Source of the DNA: Candidatus Scalinduaceae bacterium
GTDB lineage: Bacteria; Planctomycetota; Brocadiia; Brocadiales; Scalinduaceae
Reading direction: 5' to 3'
Assembly: GCA_046759445.1 (NCBI GenBank)
Contig: JBHICG010000029.1
Location: 1-38,972, forward strand
Length of the DNA: 38,972 nt
In this document: positions 9,104 to 19,222 of the stretch, piece by piece
Layout of the letters: each line of letters begins with the position of its first letter
Numbering within the stretch: the first letter of the stretch is position 1
Position numbers and translations under genes: made by a program
The notes under the pieces: generated by a model
Database searches by the model: none
The model's input: the letters and a program-made list of their open reading frames with translations, nothing else
What the model was told of the DNA's origin: nothing

Positions 9104-9564
9104 CAGGCTTTCCTAATATATCCTAAAAGTAATTGCATCTCTTGGCTAATAATATCTATTTTGATAATCATATTTACATTTTCAATTTACTTATTCTGCT
9201 TTGTTTTAAAAGCATTTCATATCTTTTAAAATGGGTTTGATATTGCCAATATCTTTTTCGTGCCCAAGTTAAGAACGTAAAAAATATCATTCTTCTTGTA
9301 TATCAAATCATGATGTCTTAGTAAATCTAATAATACAGAGTGCGCATCATTCATAATAAAGAGATCAATGTCATCTCTAAGAAATAAACCCATCCATTCT
9401 CAGTTTAAATCCCAAATCCTTTCAGGCGAGATTCGGCACCTTAGATACACACCAATATCAATGTTACCCTTTTAGATTTTACTGCTTTAACATACGAACC
9501 AAAAATGAAAACTAAATCAGTATCGTAATTATCAACGATTTCCAGAATGTAATCTATTAATCAT
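9103..9564 (-). pseudogene. decayed minimal nucleotidyltransferase (MNT) plus possible N-terminal stub of a HEPN/DUF86 partner
   Basis: Frameshifted fragments DTDLVFIFGSYVK / GNIDIGVYL / DDIDLFIMNDAHSVLL / WARKRYWQY with an internal stop; followed by a 22-aa ORF MIIKIDIISQEMQLLLGYIRKA* (9103-9171). Confidence 0.7.
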
Positions 9565-9573
9565 TAACGAAAA

Positions 9574-11550
9574 TTATAATCCGTGGACCTTCTTCCACAC
9601 AGCAAAATTTATAATCCGCCAAATATTGGTAAAACCACTTTTTGGCTGGTTACTAATTATCATATCCCAGTCCTTCACTATTTGCTTAACATTAATAAAT
9701 TCTTCCAATTCAGTTGTTATATAATTTCTCAGTTCATCTTTCATTCTACTTAGCCATTGAAACTCAGGTGTAGCAAAACCCACTTTATCTTTCCTCAACC
9801 TGATCTCTTCCGGTATTAAACCCTTTGTTGATTCCCTTAAAAGATACTTGCTCCAACCATTATGTATTTTATAAACAGAAGGTATCTGAAAAACATATTC
9901 TAAAAGATTTACGTCATCTGCAAAAGGAGTTCTAGATTCTATGGAAAATCGCATCGAATTTCTATCTTCATACCTGAGTAGAGATTTGAGGCTTTGCCAT
10001 GATATGTGTTGAAAAAGTATATCGTTCAGAGATGCAACGCTTTTATATCTTACAAGTTCCAATCTATCCTTATGATTATTCCAGAAATCGGCATTCAAAT
10101 ATTTACACTCTTTACTTGTCATCCTAAAAACAAGCTTTTTCAGGTTTGGCGAGAATAATCGTGCACAATAAAGCTTTACCATAGAAGTAAATAGAAATCT
10201 AATATTTAATGGAGAATTATCCAGGTTTTTTAATTCTCGTACGAATGTACTTATAGTTAGATTTTTTAGTATCTCTGCAAAAAAAGTTCTGTAATACGCC
10301 TGATATCCTGCAAATAGTTCATCCGCTCCCTGCCCATCCAGCAATACTTTTACGTTGGCCTCTTTCGCAAGCTTCATAACTCTATATTGAGCATATATGG
10401 TTGTAGAACCAAATGGTATATCCTGAGTATAAACGATATCCTCTAAGTCTTCAAGAAGATCAGTATCGTTTGGAAATGTTTGGTACCAGGAAGTTCTTGT
10501 ACGTTCAGCCACTATCTTTGCCCATTTGGTTTCATCTATTGCTTCATTATCACCATAACATGCCGTAAAAACCTTTTGTCTTTCCCCTATCTGTACCATG
10601 CACTCATTTTCGAGAATTTTGTTTACAATGCATACTATTGTAGAACTATCAATGCCCCCACTCAGACAGGTTCCAACTGGAACATCTGAACGAAGCCTTA
10701 AAGTTACAGCATTAGAGATAAGCCCACTGATCCTCTCTGTAAATTCATTAAATTTTCTCTCATCAAACTTTTCCCAATTCTCTGAATATCTTAGAGTATA
10801 ATATCTCCATTTCTTGAATGTTTTTGTAGATGGATAATAGTAAAATCCACAAGAAGGTTGAAGCTCAAAAATATTCTTAAAAAACCCCTCTTCTTCATTC
10901 TCCTGCCAGTTAAACACAAAATAATCAAACACTGCATTTGAGTTTACGGAGGTTTTTATATAAGGAATTTTGATTAATGATTTTATTTCTGATGCAAAAG
11001 CAAATAAGTCTGAATTTATATAATAATATAAAGGTTTCACACCAAACCTATCCCTTGAACCAAAAACTACATTCTTTCTTTTATCATAAATGACAAATGC
11101 CCACATCCCATTAAGTTTGGTTAGGCAATTTTCACCCCACTCTTCGTATGCAGCCAATAAAACCTCAGTATCGGTGTTTGTATTGAAGTTGTAACCCAAG
11201 GCCTTCAATTCTTCTCTTAACTCTATATAGTTATAAATCTCTCCATTATGTACAATCCAAATGGTTTTGTCCCTGTTACTCATTGGTTGATGCCCTAGTG
11301 AAGAAGTATCTAGTATAGCTAGCCTTCTGTGCCCAAGAAACAAATCCACGTTTTGATTAAATTCTTCAATCCTTGAATAATTTACCTTACTATCCTTTCC
11401 TGCTAGTTGATAAATCTCTTTTTTCCTAGTATCTATGGCCAAAAATCCCTCATCATCTGGTCCTCTATGCCTAAGGGTATTAGTCATATTTATTATCCAC
11501 TCAGGTCTGTTATTCTGTTTGTTGCTAAGAATTCCTGCTATTCCACACAT
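9574..11550 (-). CDS. asnB: asparagine synthase-like glutamine amidotransferase (polysaccharide amidation)
   Basis: MCGIAG Ntn start, HRGPDDEG, GHRRL, HNGEIYN, RDRFGVKPLYY, LSGGIDSS, GQGADELFAGY. Confidence 0.92.
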   Translation of the reverse strand: MCGIAGILSNKQNNRPEWIINMTNTLRHRGPDDEGFLAIDTRKKEIYQLAGKDSKVNYSRIEEFNQNVDLFLGHRRLAILDTSSLGHQPMSNRDKTIWIVHNGEIYNYIELREELKALGYNFNTNTDTEVLLAAYEEWGENCLTKLNGMWAFVIYDKRKNVVFGSRDRFGVKPLYYYINSDLFAFASEIKSLIKIPYIKTSVNSNAVFDYFVFNWQENEEEGFFKNIFELQPSCGFYYYPSTKTFKKWRYYTLRYSENWEKFDERKFNEFTERISGLISNAVTLRLRSDVPVGTCLSGGIDSSTIVCIVNKILENECMVQIGERQKVFTACYGDNEAIDETKWAKIVAERTRTSWYQTFPNDTDLLEDLEDIVYTQDIPFGSTTIYAQYRVMKLAKEANVKVLLDGQGADELFAGYQAYYRTFFAEILKNLTISTFVRELKNLDNSPLNIRFLFTSMVKLYCARLFSPNLKKLVFRMTSKECKYLNADFWNNHKDRLELVRYKSVASLNDILFQHISWQSLKSLLRYEDRNSMRFSIESRTPFADDVNLLEYVFQIPSVYKIHNGWSKYLLRESTKGLIPEEIRLRKDKVGFATPEFQWLSRMKDELRNYITTELEEFINVKQIVKDWDMIISNQPKSGFTNIWRIINFAVWKKVHGL

Positions 11551-11574
11551 TTTTGTTTGCTCATTTTGTAAGCT

Positions 11575-11885
11575 TCATGAAACTTCATGTTTTAAAATAT
11601 CTGCCACCAATTTCTCAAACTCTTGACTATTTCTTTCAAAGGAAAGCTCATGTGCTGCTTTATCAGACTGGTACTTATAATAGTCAATTTTATCTTTAGC
11701 CATAGATTCAGGTTTAAAATCTTATGTTACAATGCCACAATCATACTTCTTGACAATTCTAGCCATTTCGGGAGATGGGCCTATTGCCACTACTAATCTC
11801 GCTTGAATAAACTCAAAAAATTTATTAGGAAGAGCATATTTATTATTAAAACTATTTTCTTCTAAATATATACTCCGATATCATA
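11575..11885 (-). pseudogene. C-terminal remnant of a capsular-type glycosyltransferase
   Basis: YDIGVYI, frameshift, then LEENSFNNKYALPNKFFEFIQARLVVAIGPSPEMARIVKKYDCGIVT* and DFKPESMAK...KHEVS*; no N-terminal half. Confidence 0.8.
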
Positions 11886-12040
11886 TTTATACATTCTACC
11901 TTTGTATCCGTTTGTATTAGACACCAACAGTAAGTTTTAAAAGGAGTTTAAAACATTTCATGTAGATTTTTCTCTATTGAAGCTATAATATCCTATTAAC
12001 TTTACAGAAAGCTATCTTCACATCTCTTGTAAGTCTAAGG

Positions 12041-13492
12041 CTATGAAGGACTCACCTGTAAAAAAAACTTTTTAGTCAAACTTCTAATTTCTTGAGCACC
12101 AATCAGCAGCCAAATGAGTAATGATATACCACAGACTACCAAAAACGCTTTGCTAATAATCGTCACATATAGTGATAATTTTATTACATATTCCAATCCA
12201 CTACATATTAGGAAAAATATCACTACTATAATGGCAGATATTATAATTTTTTTCCATTTATGCTGAACAAAATAAAACCTCTGACTTATAATCATATAAA
12301 GTGAAAAAGCGAGTAAACCACTTATTAAAGTAGCCAGTGCCGCACCACTAATTCCAATAAATGGTATAAGAACAAAATTTAGAATGGTATTTACTACAGC
12401 AGAAATGATATTAATTGTCGCTATTAATTTGGTTTTTTTGGCAATACTAAGTCCAGGGGCAAAAATATACATATTTGAAAGCAAAATTGCCATGGCCAGT
12501 AAAGGTATAACCTGAGAAGCTGAATAATACTCTGGGGTAGTAAAAATTATCAAAATCTCATTAGAAAATACTGCCAATCCCAAAATAAATGGCAATATCA
12601 GCGCAAGAAAATAGCAAAAAAGTTTTGCTAACTCATCTGGTGTATTTTGTTTTTGGTAGTTTGAATAGATAAGGGGGGTTAATGCACTCTGGAAACCTAT
12701 TAATAATATTCCAACCACAGATGCGAACCTAAAACCTACTCCATACAACCCCAGATCATCAAATGTCATTAACTCTTTAATAGCTATGCGATCTATATAT
12801 AGAGAAACAAAAACCGCTATACTGGATGGTACTAAAGGGGCAGCAAAGCTTAACATCTCTTTGCATTTATGCCAGTCAAAGATTAGTTTGTAACTCTCTT
12901 TAGCGAATATCAGCGCTAACAAACTACCAGTAATTCCTCCTGCTATTAGACCATAAAAAACTCCTATAACTCCATAATCTAAAACCAATATCAGAAAAAC
13001 TGTTAAACCAGCAGATGTAAGAGTATAGACAACGTTTGTTATGGCATAGCGCTTAGATTGTAACTGCCATCGAAGTTGGTTCTGTAAAATATAGAAAATT
13101 CCATTGGTTAGAGATGAAAGTGCCCAAATCCGAAGAATTGTTTGATGGTAGGTGGTATCTAAAATCCACTTACTTAAAGGCTTCGACAGCAAAAAGGTTA
13201 TCACTACAAACACGCTATACATAAACACAGCAAACCAAAGCGCTGTAGAAGCAAAAGCAATTTTGTCTCTTTTCGTTTCTGCATCAGAGTAATAGCGAGC
13301 AACCCCTTGAGAGATCTCCAATGCTACAGTTAGATTTACGAGTGCGGCTGCGATGGTTAAGATTTCTATATTCCCATAGTCTGCGGGGGAGAAAACACGC
13401 GTATATATAGGCAATAATATTACTGATATACCACGAGAAAGAATACTGCTTAAACCGTAGACGAGACTATCTTTGAAAAATTGTTTAAGCAT
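12041..13492 (-). CDS. wzx: oligosaccharide flippase (Wzx/MOP family)
   Basis: 483 aa with 12-14 TM; LLPIYTRVFSPADYG, IDRIAI...LGLYGVGFRFAS, GISGAALATL motifs. Confidence 0.88.
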   Translation of the reverse strand: MLKQFFKDSLVYGLSSILSRGISVILLPIYTRVFSPADYGNIEILTIAAALVNLTVALEISQGVARYYSDAETKRDKIAFASTALWFAVFMYSVFVVITFLLSKPLSKWILDTTYHQTILRIWALSSLTNGIFYILQNQLRWQLQSKRYAITNVVYTLTSAGLTVFLILVLDYGVIGVFYGLIAGGITGSLLALIFAKESYKLIFDWHKCKEMLSFAAPLVPSSIAVFVSLYIDRIAIKELMTFDDLGLYGVGFRFASVVGILLIGFQSALTPLIYSNYQKQNTPDELAKLFCYFLALILPFILGLAVFSNEILIIFTTPEYYSASQVIPLLAMAILLSNMYIFAPGLSIAKKTKLIATINIISAVVNTILNFVLIPFIGISGAALATLISGLLAFSLYMIISQRFYFVQHKWKKIIISAIIVVIFFLICSGLEYVIKLSLYVTIISKAFLVVCGISLLIWLLIGAQEIRSLTKKFFLQVSPS

Positions 13493-14778
13493 TAAGACCC
13501 ATCACCACGAGCAAATTCCACGAACATGCGCTCTAAATCCGGTTTGTCAGAGAGCTGGAGTGCTTCCTTGCCACCTCTTTCGATCACTGACTTAATCAAT
13601 TCCTTAGATCGGTACTCAGGAAGCCCACACCCATTTAAATAGCTGATATCTTTCGGATCATACAGCCAATCTTCAGGGATATTACCTTTTATTAGTTGTA
13701 AATATCGTCTAGCTACTTTCTTGGGTGCCCAATTAGTTTCTACAAACTGTTTAACTTTTCTACCTAATTCCATACGGTATTTTTCGTCCATAATAAGCTT
13801 TTCAATAGCCTTCTCTATTTCATCTGGATGACAGAAAAAAACAAGTGGCATCTTATCAGCAGGAAAAATTCTACGTATCTCAGCTTGACCATAACCACCA
13901 ACAATAGTTGGGTTACCAAAAAAGGCCGCCTCCGTAGCTAAACCAGCCATAGGAGTATCTGAATATAGTTGGTCGATAACAAAGTCGCAGTTCGCCAGTT
14001 CGTTTAGGACTATGGTATTTGATTTGCCAGTGATTTCAACGAACTCAAGCGGGTGACCTTTGGCTTGTAAACTCTTTATTGCCTTGCGGATCCTGGACGT
14101 CCCTTTACCTTCGGGATTGGAAGGAGAATGAAGAATTCTAATTCCATGGTTGTGTCGAAACTCTGCGTTAATGCGATTATCTTTGTCACACTTAAATGGG
14201 ATACCAATTATTTGAACAACAATAACTGGTTTTTCATGAAGGTGAGAGGACAGAGGATTGCCAATAATTATATCAGCATAACGTTCAATCCTTTTCAGTG
14301 TGTTTTTTTGCTTTCGAGTCAGATTGATGCAATCCTCAACTGTTAAACCACCGTTCATTGACATAATGCTTCCGTCTATATAAGGTGGTCTGGAGTCGCT
14401 TCCATGAAATATGTAAATAACCTTTTTTTTAAAGAACTTTAGGATAGGAAGATCATAGAAGGACAAAAAACTGGACTTATATCCAAAAATAAATACATCG
14501 TATCTCAAAATTGCCCAAGCAAACAATACTGTCCACAAGATTTGTCGTAGAGCCCTCCACAATACTTTGAGAAATATACTAGACCTATGTGTTGATGCTA
14601 GTTTCGCTGTAACGCTTTTCCTCAGTTTTATTAAAATATTTTGTGTGTCGTCACCGCCATATTCAAAGGGATGACCACCCAAGTTAACAAAAACAGATTT
14701 TACTCCAAGCTCATCAAAGCCCTTCTTGAGATTGGTATAATATCCGGCTACGTCAGTCAGGCCAATGAAGATTTTCAT
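13492..14778 (-). CDS. glycosyltransferase (GT-B fold)
   Basis: FHGSDSR, ILHSPS...KGT, CDFVIDQLYSD...GLATEAAFFGNP motifs; stop overlaps the flippase start. Confidence 0.8.
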   Translation of the reverse strand: MKIFIGLTDVAGYYTNLKKGFDELGVKSVFVNLGGHPFEYGGDDTQNILIKLRKSVTAKLASTHRSSIFLKVLWRALRQILWTVLFAWAILRYDVFIFGYKSSFLSFYDLPILKFFKKKVIYIFHGSDSRPPYIDGSIMSMNGGLTVEDCINLTRKQKNTLKRIERYADIIIGNPLSSHLHEKPVIVVQIIGIPFKCDKDNRINAEFRHNHGIRILHSPSNPEGKGTSRIRKAIKSLQAKGHPLEFVEITGKSNTIVLNELANCDFVIDQLYSDTPMAGLATEAAFFGNPTIVGGYGQAEIRRIFPADKMPLVFFCHPDEIEKAIEKLIMDEKYRMELGRKVKQFVETNWAPKKVARRYLQLIKGNIPEDWLYDPKDISYLNGCGLPEYRSKELIKSVIERGGKEALQLSDKPDLERMFVEFARGDGS

Positions 14779-14819
14779 GATCTTATTTTTACTCCTGATT
14801 ACAGTTTAGATATTTACCA

Positions 14820-15265
14820 CTACACATCATGTATAAAACTCACATCTCCTGACTCGTCAAACTTTACACTATTTATTGGCTTCCGTGATATCCCAGACAC
14901 AACGATGTATAGAGATATATCCCAATTGATAAAGGGTGTATATGCTCAGTAATTAGGCAACTCTTTTTTACTATAACACTATTAGAAAACAATACATAAG
15001 ACTAAGTTTATTACTAAATTATTGAGCTAGTACAACATGCACCAATCACACAATAATTTACGATGGTCACGCCTTTGTCAATGAGCGTTTGGCTCCAGAT
15101 GTAGCAACAATTATTCTCAATACTCAAAAATAGACATACTCTCGGTTACTACACGAATCAAGTACAAACCAATTCAAATCATTCATGATTATAGTGTTGC
15201 CGTAAGAGAGGTACGTCATACACCCAACAAGAACCTATTCAGGTCATATCTTCTACAATATTCAT
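14820..15265 (-). pseudogene. heavily decayed hexapeptide-repeat acyltransferase
   Basis: 15029-15121 reads IENNCCYIWSQTLIDKGVTIVNYCVIGACCT (left-handed beta-helix pattern); downstream fragment YIVVSGISRKPINSVKFDESGDV resembles the family C-terminus; many stops and shifts. Confidence 0.6.
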
Positions 15266-15285
15266 TTTACATTATTTGAATGGTT

Positions 15286-16440
15286 CTATATATCATTTAA
15301 TAAATTGATTTTTGTAAAGTTCGGCAGTAAATACCTTATTGATTCGAATATTTTATCGCCGAAAGTACAAGACGATATTAGAACATGATCAGTAGGTTTG
15401 TTTATTAATTCTTTTTTGGATTCAACGGGAATATTAATACCGGGATAGTAAGTTCCTTGAAGTAACGGATTATCATCAAAAAACCTGCAGTTTAACAAAT
15501 CAATATTTTCCATAAAAATAGCGTTAATTAATCTAGCAGGTACATATATACCTAATGTTTTGTGTTTGTGTTTTGTATTTTTTATGTATTCTGAAATATT
15601 CTCAGCGTTTTGCATGGCTTTGATCTTATAAGAATTATATCGTTGAACTTGATCCAGGGCAGAAATTTTAATTGAGTCTGCATTATTTTCCCCTATTTGC
15701 CCTGAGGCATATAATGCGCTCCCAAATCCTGATTTCTCAATTTTTATGTTTTTTACACCTGAAAGGAACAAAGTATTGTATAAAGACTCCTTACAGAAAT
15801 AACTAAAATGTTCATGAAAGAGCATTGAGACATCACCATTATCAATAGATACACCTTCGTCTGGGGCAGACAAAATCATGTAACCTTCTTTGGTTAAGTT
15901 ATTCAAAATGCTTTCTAAAAATTGAACAGGGTCTTCTATATGCTCTAATACACCGTAAAGCAAAATAATGTCAAAATATCCATTAACTTTATTTGAAGGG
16001 TAATAATCATGAATAATTTCTACCTTATATTTAATGCTGCCTTTTATTCCATGCGCTCCAGGCTCAATTCCAATGCATTTAGCTCCTTTATCTTTTAATC
16101 GTTTCAACAAATAACCTGTTCCACACCCTATTTCTAATATTCTTTTCCCCTTTAAAGAATTACTAGTTGCCTCGGTTATGTAAGTAAGAAAATCCTCCGC
16201 GTAATCTTTCCCAATGCCTTCTTCCTCCATCATACCTGTAATCATAGATCCTATTGAATAGGCTTTTTCTAATGATGATAAAACTTTTTTACATGGTACT
16301 TGTAAAATTCGGCCTGTTTCTTCACAAACTCCAAGCTCAAAAGGCAGATTATTTGGTAGCCCATGACTATTATTGGGCTCTTTTAATGGCCCCCAATAAA
16401 AGGGTAAGTTATGAATAAACCAATTTTTATCGCCTATCAT
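15286..16440 (-). CDS. class I SAM-dependent methyltransferase (sugar C-methyltransferase-like architecture)
   Basis: ILEIGCGTGYLL, GIEPG, VLEHIEDP, FHEHFSYF, FFDDNPLLQG motifs. Confidence 0.85.
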   Translation of the reverse strand: MIGDKNWFIHNLPFYWGPLKEPNNSHGLPNNLPFELGVCEETGRILQVPCKKVLSSLEKAYSIGSMITGMMEEEGIGKDYAEDFLTYITEATSNSLKGKRILEIGCGTGYLLKRLKDKGAKCIGIEPGAHGIKGSIKYKVEIIHDYYPSNKVNGYFDIILLYGVLEHIEDPVQFLESILNNLTKEGYMILSAPDEGVSIDNGDVSMLFHEHFSYFCKESLYNTLFLSGVKNIKIEKSGFGSALYASGQIGENNADSIKISALDQVQRYNSYKIKAMQNAENISEYIKNTKHKHKTLGIYVPARLINAIFMENIDLLNCRFFDDNPLLQGTYYPGINIPVESKKELINKPTDHVLISSCTFGDKIFESIRYLLPNFTKINLLNDI

Positions 16441-16454
16441 TCGGTAAATAGTTT

Positions 16455-17525
16455 TTAGTTGCTTGTAATTAACCTTTCTATTAACCCTCTGGTAATCATG
16501 CCACTTTTATATTTAAAATGAGGAGTAATTTTTTCACCAAAAATATGTGTACGTATTAATATATCAGGCTCATTGTAACCTACTAAAGCTCTCAGTGAAG
16601 TGGTACCTGAAAATCTCGGATTAATTTCAAATACATAGATTTTGCTATCAACTAATCTACATTGAATATTAACAGCCCCTCGACAACCTAAAGTCGATGT
16701 AATCTTTTCTGCCTGTTTTGTAACTTCAGGGAATTTTCCTATCTCTCCCTGCGATATACCGCTACTAATTGTGAGAATTGGCCCAAACTCAGGATTACCT
16801 GTTGCGTTTTGAACCTTTATACGATTACTCAACCCTGAGAGTATGTTACGTTTAACTGCAATTGAATTTAACAGCTCACCTTCCATTGAAAAAAGAACTC
16901 CTATGGTATATTCAGAGTCTGGAGTACCGATATATTGTTGAGCAATAAAACTTTTGAAATAGCTTAGTAAATATTGTGCAAACATTTTCAACTCTTCCTT
17001 TGTTTGAACTATATATGTGTTAGCAGAACCACCACCGCCTATCGAAGGTTTTAATATAAGGGGTAGATAATTTATTTTTTCTATATCATTAATTGAAGTA
17101 ATTTGAACGGTTTCAGGAAATAGAAAGTTATTCTGCTTTAAAAACTCCATTGTTTTGAACTTATCCATGCAAATATCAATAACATTTGGAGGGTTGATTG
17201 GAAGGAATATCGCTTCTTTTTCAATAATGTCACGATGCCTACTCATTAACTTAAGCTCTGGTTCAGAACCATGAAAAAGCGCTTTTACATTATGTTTTAT
17301 GCATATACCTAACAATTCATCCAAATACCCTTTATCTGTTGCAGGTGGAATAATATAAGGATAATCTGCTTCCATTAACCCTATACTTGTAGGAGACATA
17401 TCCGCACAAATAATAGTGTATTGAGTTTTTGCCATGCGAAGAGCTTTTAATATTTGTTCGCCATGCCCACCACCCCCAACACCAGTAACCATAACATTTA
17501 ATTCCATTGGTATATCACTACCCAC
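16455..17525 (-). CDS. ATP-grasp domain protein
   Basis: VMVTGVGGG, GSEPEL, DKFKT, LILKPSIGGGGS, QQYIG...EYT, VFEINPRFSGTT; start may be the ATG at 17507. Confidence 0.88.
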   Translation of the reverse strand: MGSDIPMELNVMVTGVGGGGHGEQILKALRMAKTQYTIICADMSPTSIGLMEADYPYIIPPATDKGYLDELLGICIKHNVKALFHGSEPELKLMSRHRDIIEKEAIFLPINPPNVIDICMDKFKTMEFLKQNNFLFPETVQITSINDIEKINYLPLILKPSIGGGGSANTYIVQTKEELKMFAQYLLSYFKSFIAQQYIGTPDSEYTIGVLFSMEGELLNSIAVKRNILSGLSNRIKVQNATGNPEFGPILTISSGISQGEIGKFPEVTKQAEKITSTLGCRGAVNIQCRLVDSKIYVFEINPRFSGTTSLRALVGYNEPDILIRTHIFGEKITPHFKYKSGMITRGLIERLITSN

Positions 17526-18228
17526 TAATCACTTTTCCTATAATAAGATTTTCTTTGGTTCTTCTTTTCATACAGTTCAAAACGTTTTCATGAACTATTG
17601 CTTCATATTTTTTTATAATGAAGTCTGTATCTAATAAAACTCGAAATATTTCTACTTTACCCTGTCCTATATTATGCAAAACACAACTTAATAAATTACC
17701 TTGATCGCGAGGCAAACCACAAGAACCTACATTGACGACAGTTATATTACCGACTTTTTTAATAAATGGCAGATGAGTATGCCCCATAAAAACGAAATCA
17801 CAATCAAGGTAAGAGAAATTTGCAAGGTCAGAATTCGGATAAATGTATCCATTAACAGGATTCCATGGGCTACCATGTAAACACAGGATTCTTTTAGAAT
17901 TAATCTCAATCCTACTAAAAGGTAACCATGAAGAAATAACTGAAAAACAATTATTATCTATGATTTTTTTTGTTTCATAAATCTTATAAATTTTATCCAG
18001 TTGGTCATCTAAGTCCAACTGGCCTATCAACATAGCATCATGATTGCCTAATAGACAGATAATGTTTTCTGCAATTAGTAAATTAAGTACTTCATTAGGA
18101 TTAGGGAAATATCCAACTGCATCTCCAAGAAAGATAATTTTTTCAGCCCCATTTTTTTTCAAAAAATCTATACATTTTTTTAACCCTATATAATTACCAT
18201 GGGCATCAGATATAAAGCCTAACATCAT
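17518..18228 (-). CDS. calcineurin-like metallophosphoesterase
   Basis: ISDAHGN, LGDAVGY, GNHD, HGSP, GHTH, NVGS motifs. Confidence 0.9.
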   Translation of the reverse strand: MMLGFISDAHGNYIGLKKCIDFLKKNGAEKIIFLGDAVGYFPNPNEVLNLLIAENIICLLGNHDAMLIGQLDLDDQLDKIYKIYETKKIIDNNCFSVISSWLPFSRIEINSKRILCLHGSPWNPVNGYIYPNSDLANFSYLDCDFVFMGHTHLPFIKKVGNITVVNVGSCGLPRDQGNLLSCVLHNIGQGKVEIFRVLLDTDFIIKKYEAIVHENVLNCMKRRTKENLIIGKVISG

Positions 18229-19132
18229 ATTTTTTTTTACTCTTTATAAATTCAAACCAATGTTTAATTCCATTAGAAAGAGGGATTTCCGGTTTCCAAG
18301 CCAAGTATTTTTTAGCTTTTGAAATATCGATAATAGTCCTGAAGTCCTCCTGTGGGTCAGGCTTTTCAGATTTGATTACCCGACTTTTAGTTCCTGGGGT
18401 ACATTTAATTACCAAATGTGCCAAGTCTTTCATACTTATAGGGTTTCCGCTGGCAATATTAAAAATCTCGGTTGAACATTCATTAAACATCCATCCTCTA
18501 ATGGCATTACTAATTGCATTTGCAATATCGGATGAGTGCGTAAAATCCTGGCTCCGCATACCGCTGCCAAAATAAGTCAAATCATTATTTAAAAGAGCAT
18601 TCTCAATAAAAACTTTAAGAACTGTCCGAGCTTTTTGCATCGGACTATAAGGAGCACTAACTCTCATCAATATGGACTTGTTTTTTATTTCTTTAATTCG
18701 GTTTTCAGTCCTGATTTTTGCTTTTAAATATGGTCCAATTGGATTTGTTTTAGTTATTTCAGTCCAAGGTGATTTAGATAATCCATAAACACTTGTGCCG
18801 GATATAAAAATTAAGCGACATCCAATTTCCTGCGTACAATATTGAATAATTCTATCATCTATAATTTCATTTAACTTGGCAGCTTCTAATGCTTTTTCAC
18901 CTACAAATTCTTTTGGAAGAATTGCAGCACAATGTACTATTATATCAGGCTTAGTCTTTTCTATTCTTCCAATGCTATTAAAATCTAATAAATCCGAAAC
19001 AAGAACGTTCCATTTATTTTTATCTGTTGGAGCTGTTCGGTAAAGCCCAAAAACCTCATAACCGCTTGAATAGAGATTTTCTACCACATGACAACCTATT
19101 AAACCACCAGCACCTGTAACAAGTATTTTCAT
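18206..19132 (-). CDS. NAD-dependent epimerase/dehydratase (extended SDR)
   Basis: ILVTGAGGLIG, YLKAK catalytic YxxxK, FGSG.RSQDFTH. Confidence 0.88.
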   Translation of the reverse strand: MKILVTGAGGLIGCHVVENLYSSGYEVFGLYRTAPTDKNKWNVLVSDLLDFNSIGRIEKTKPDIIVHCAAILPKEFVGEKALEAAKLNEIIDDRIIQYCTQEIGCRLIFISGTSVYGLSKSPWTEITKTNPIGPYLKAKIRTENRIKEIKNKSILMRVSAPYSPMQKARTVLKVFIENALLNNDLTYFGSGMRSQDFTHSSDIANAISNAIRGWMFNECSTEIFNIASGNPISMKDLAHLVIKCTPGTKSRVIKSEKPDPQEDFRTIIDISKAKKYLAWKPEIPLSNGIKHWFEFIKSKKKYDVRLYI

Positions 19133-19222
19133 TAAACAGTGAGTCTTTAATACAATCTATGCTCTCGATCCTAAACTAATTGGTATCTGTAAAGAAAAAG
19201 CCCTGTTTTTCGCTCAACATAA

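Noticed and set aside
6691..9564. Integron or prophage explanation for the cassette-like genes
   Set aside because: No integrase, no convincing attC structure and no phage genes seen.
14641..14952. 103-aa plus-strand ORF
   Set aside because: Antisense to the GT start and the acyltransferase remnant; no motif.
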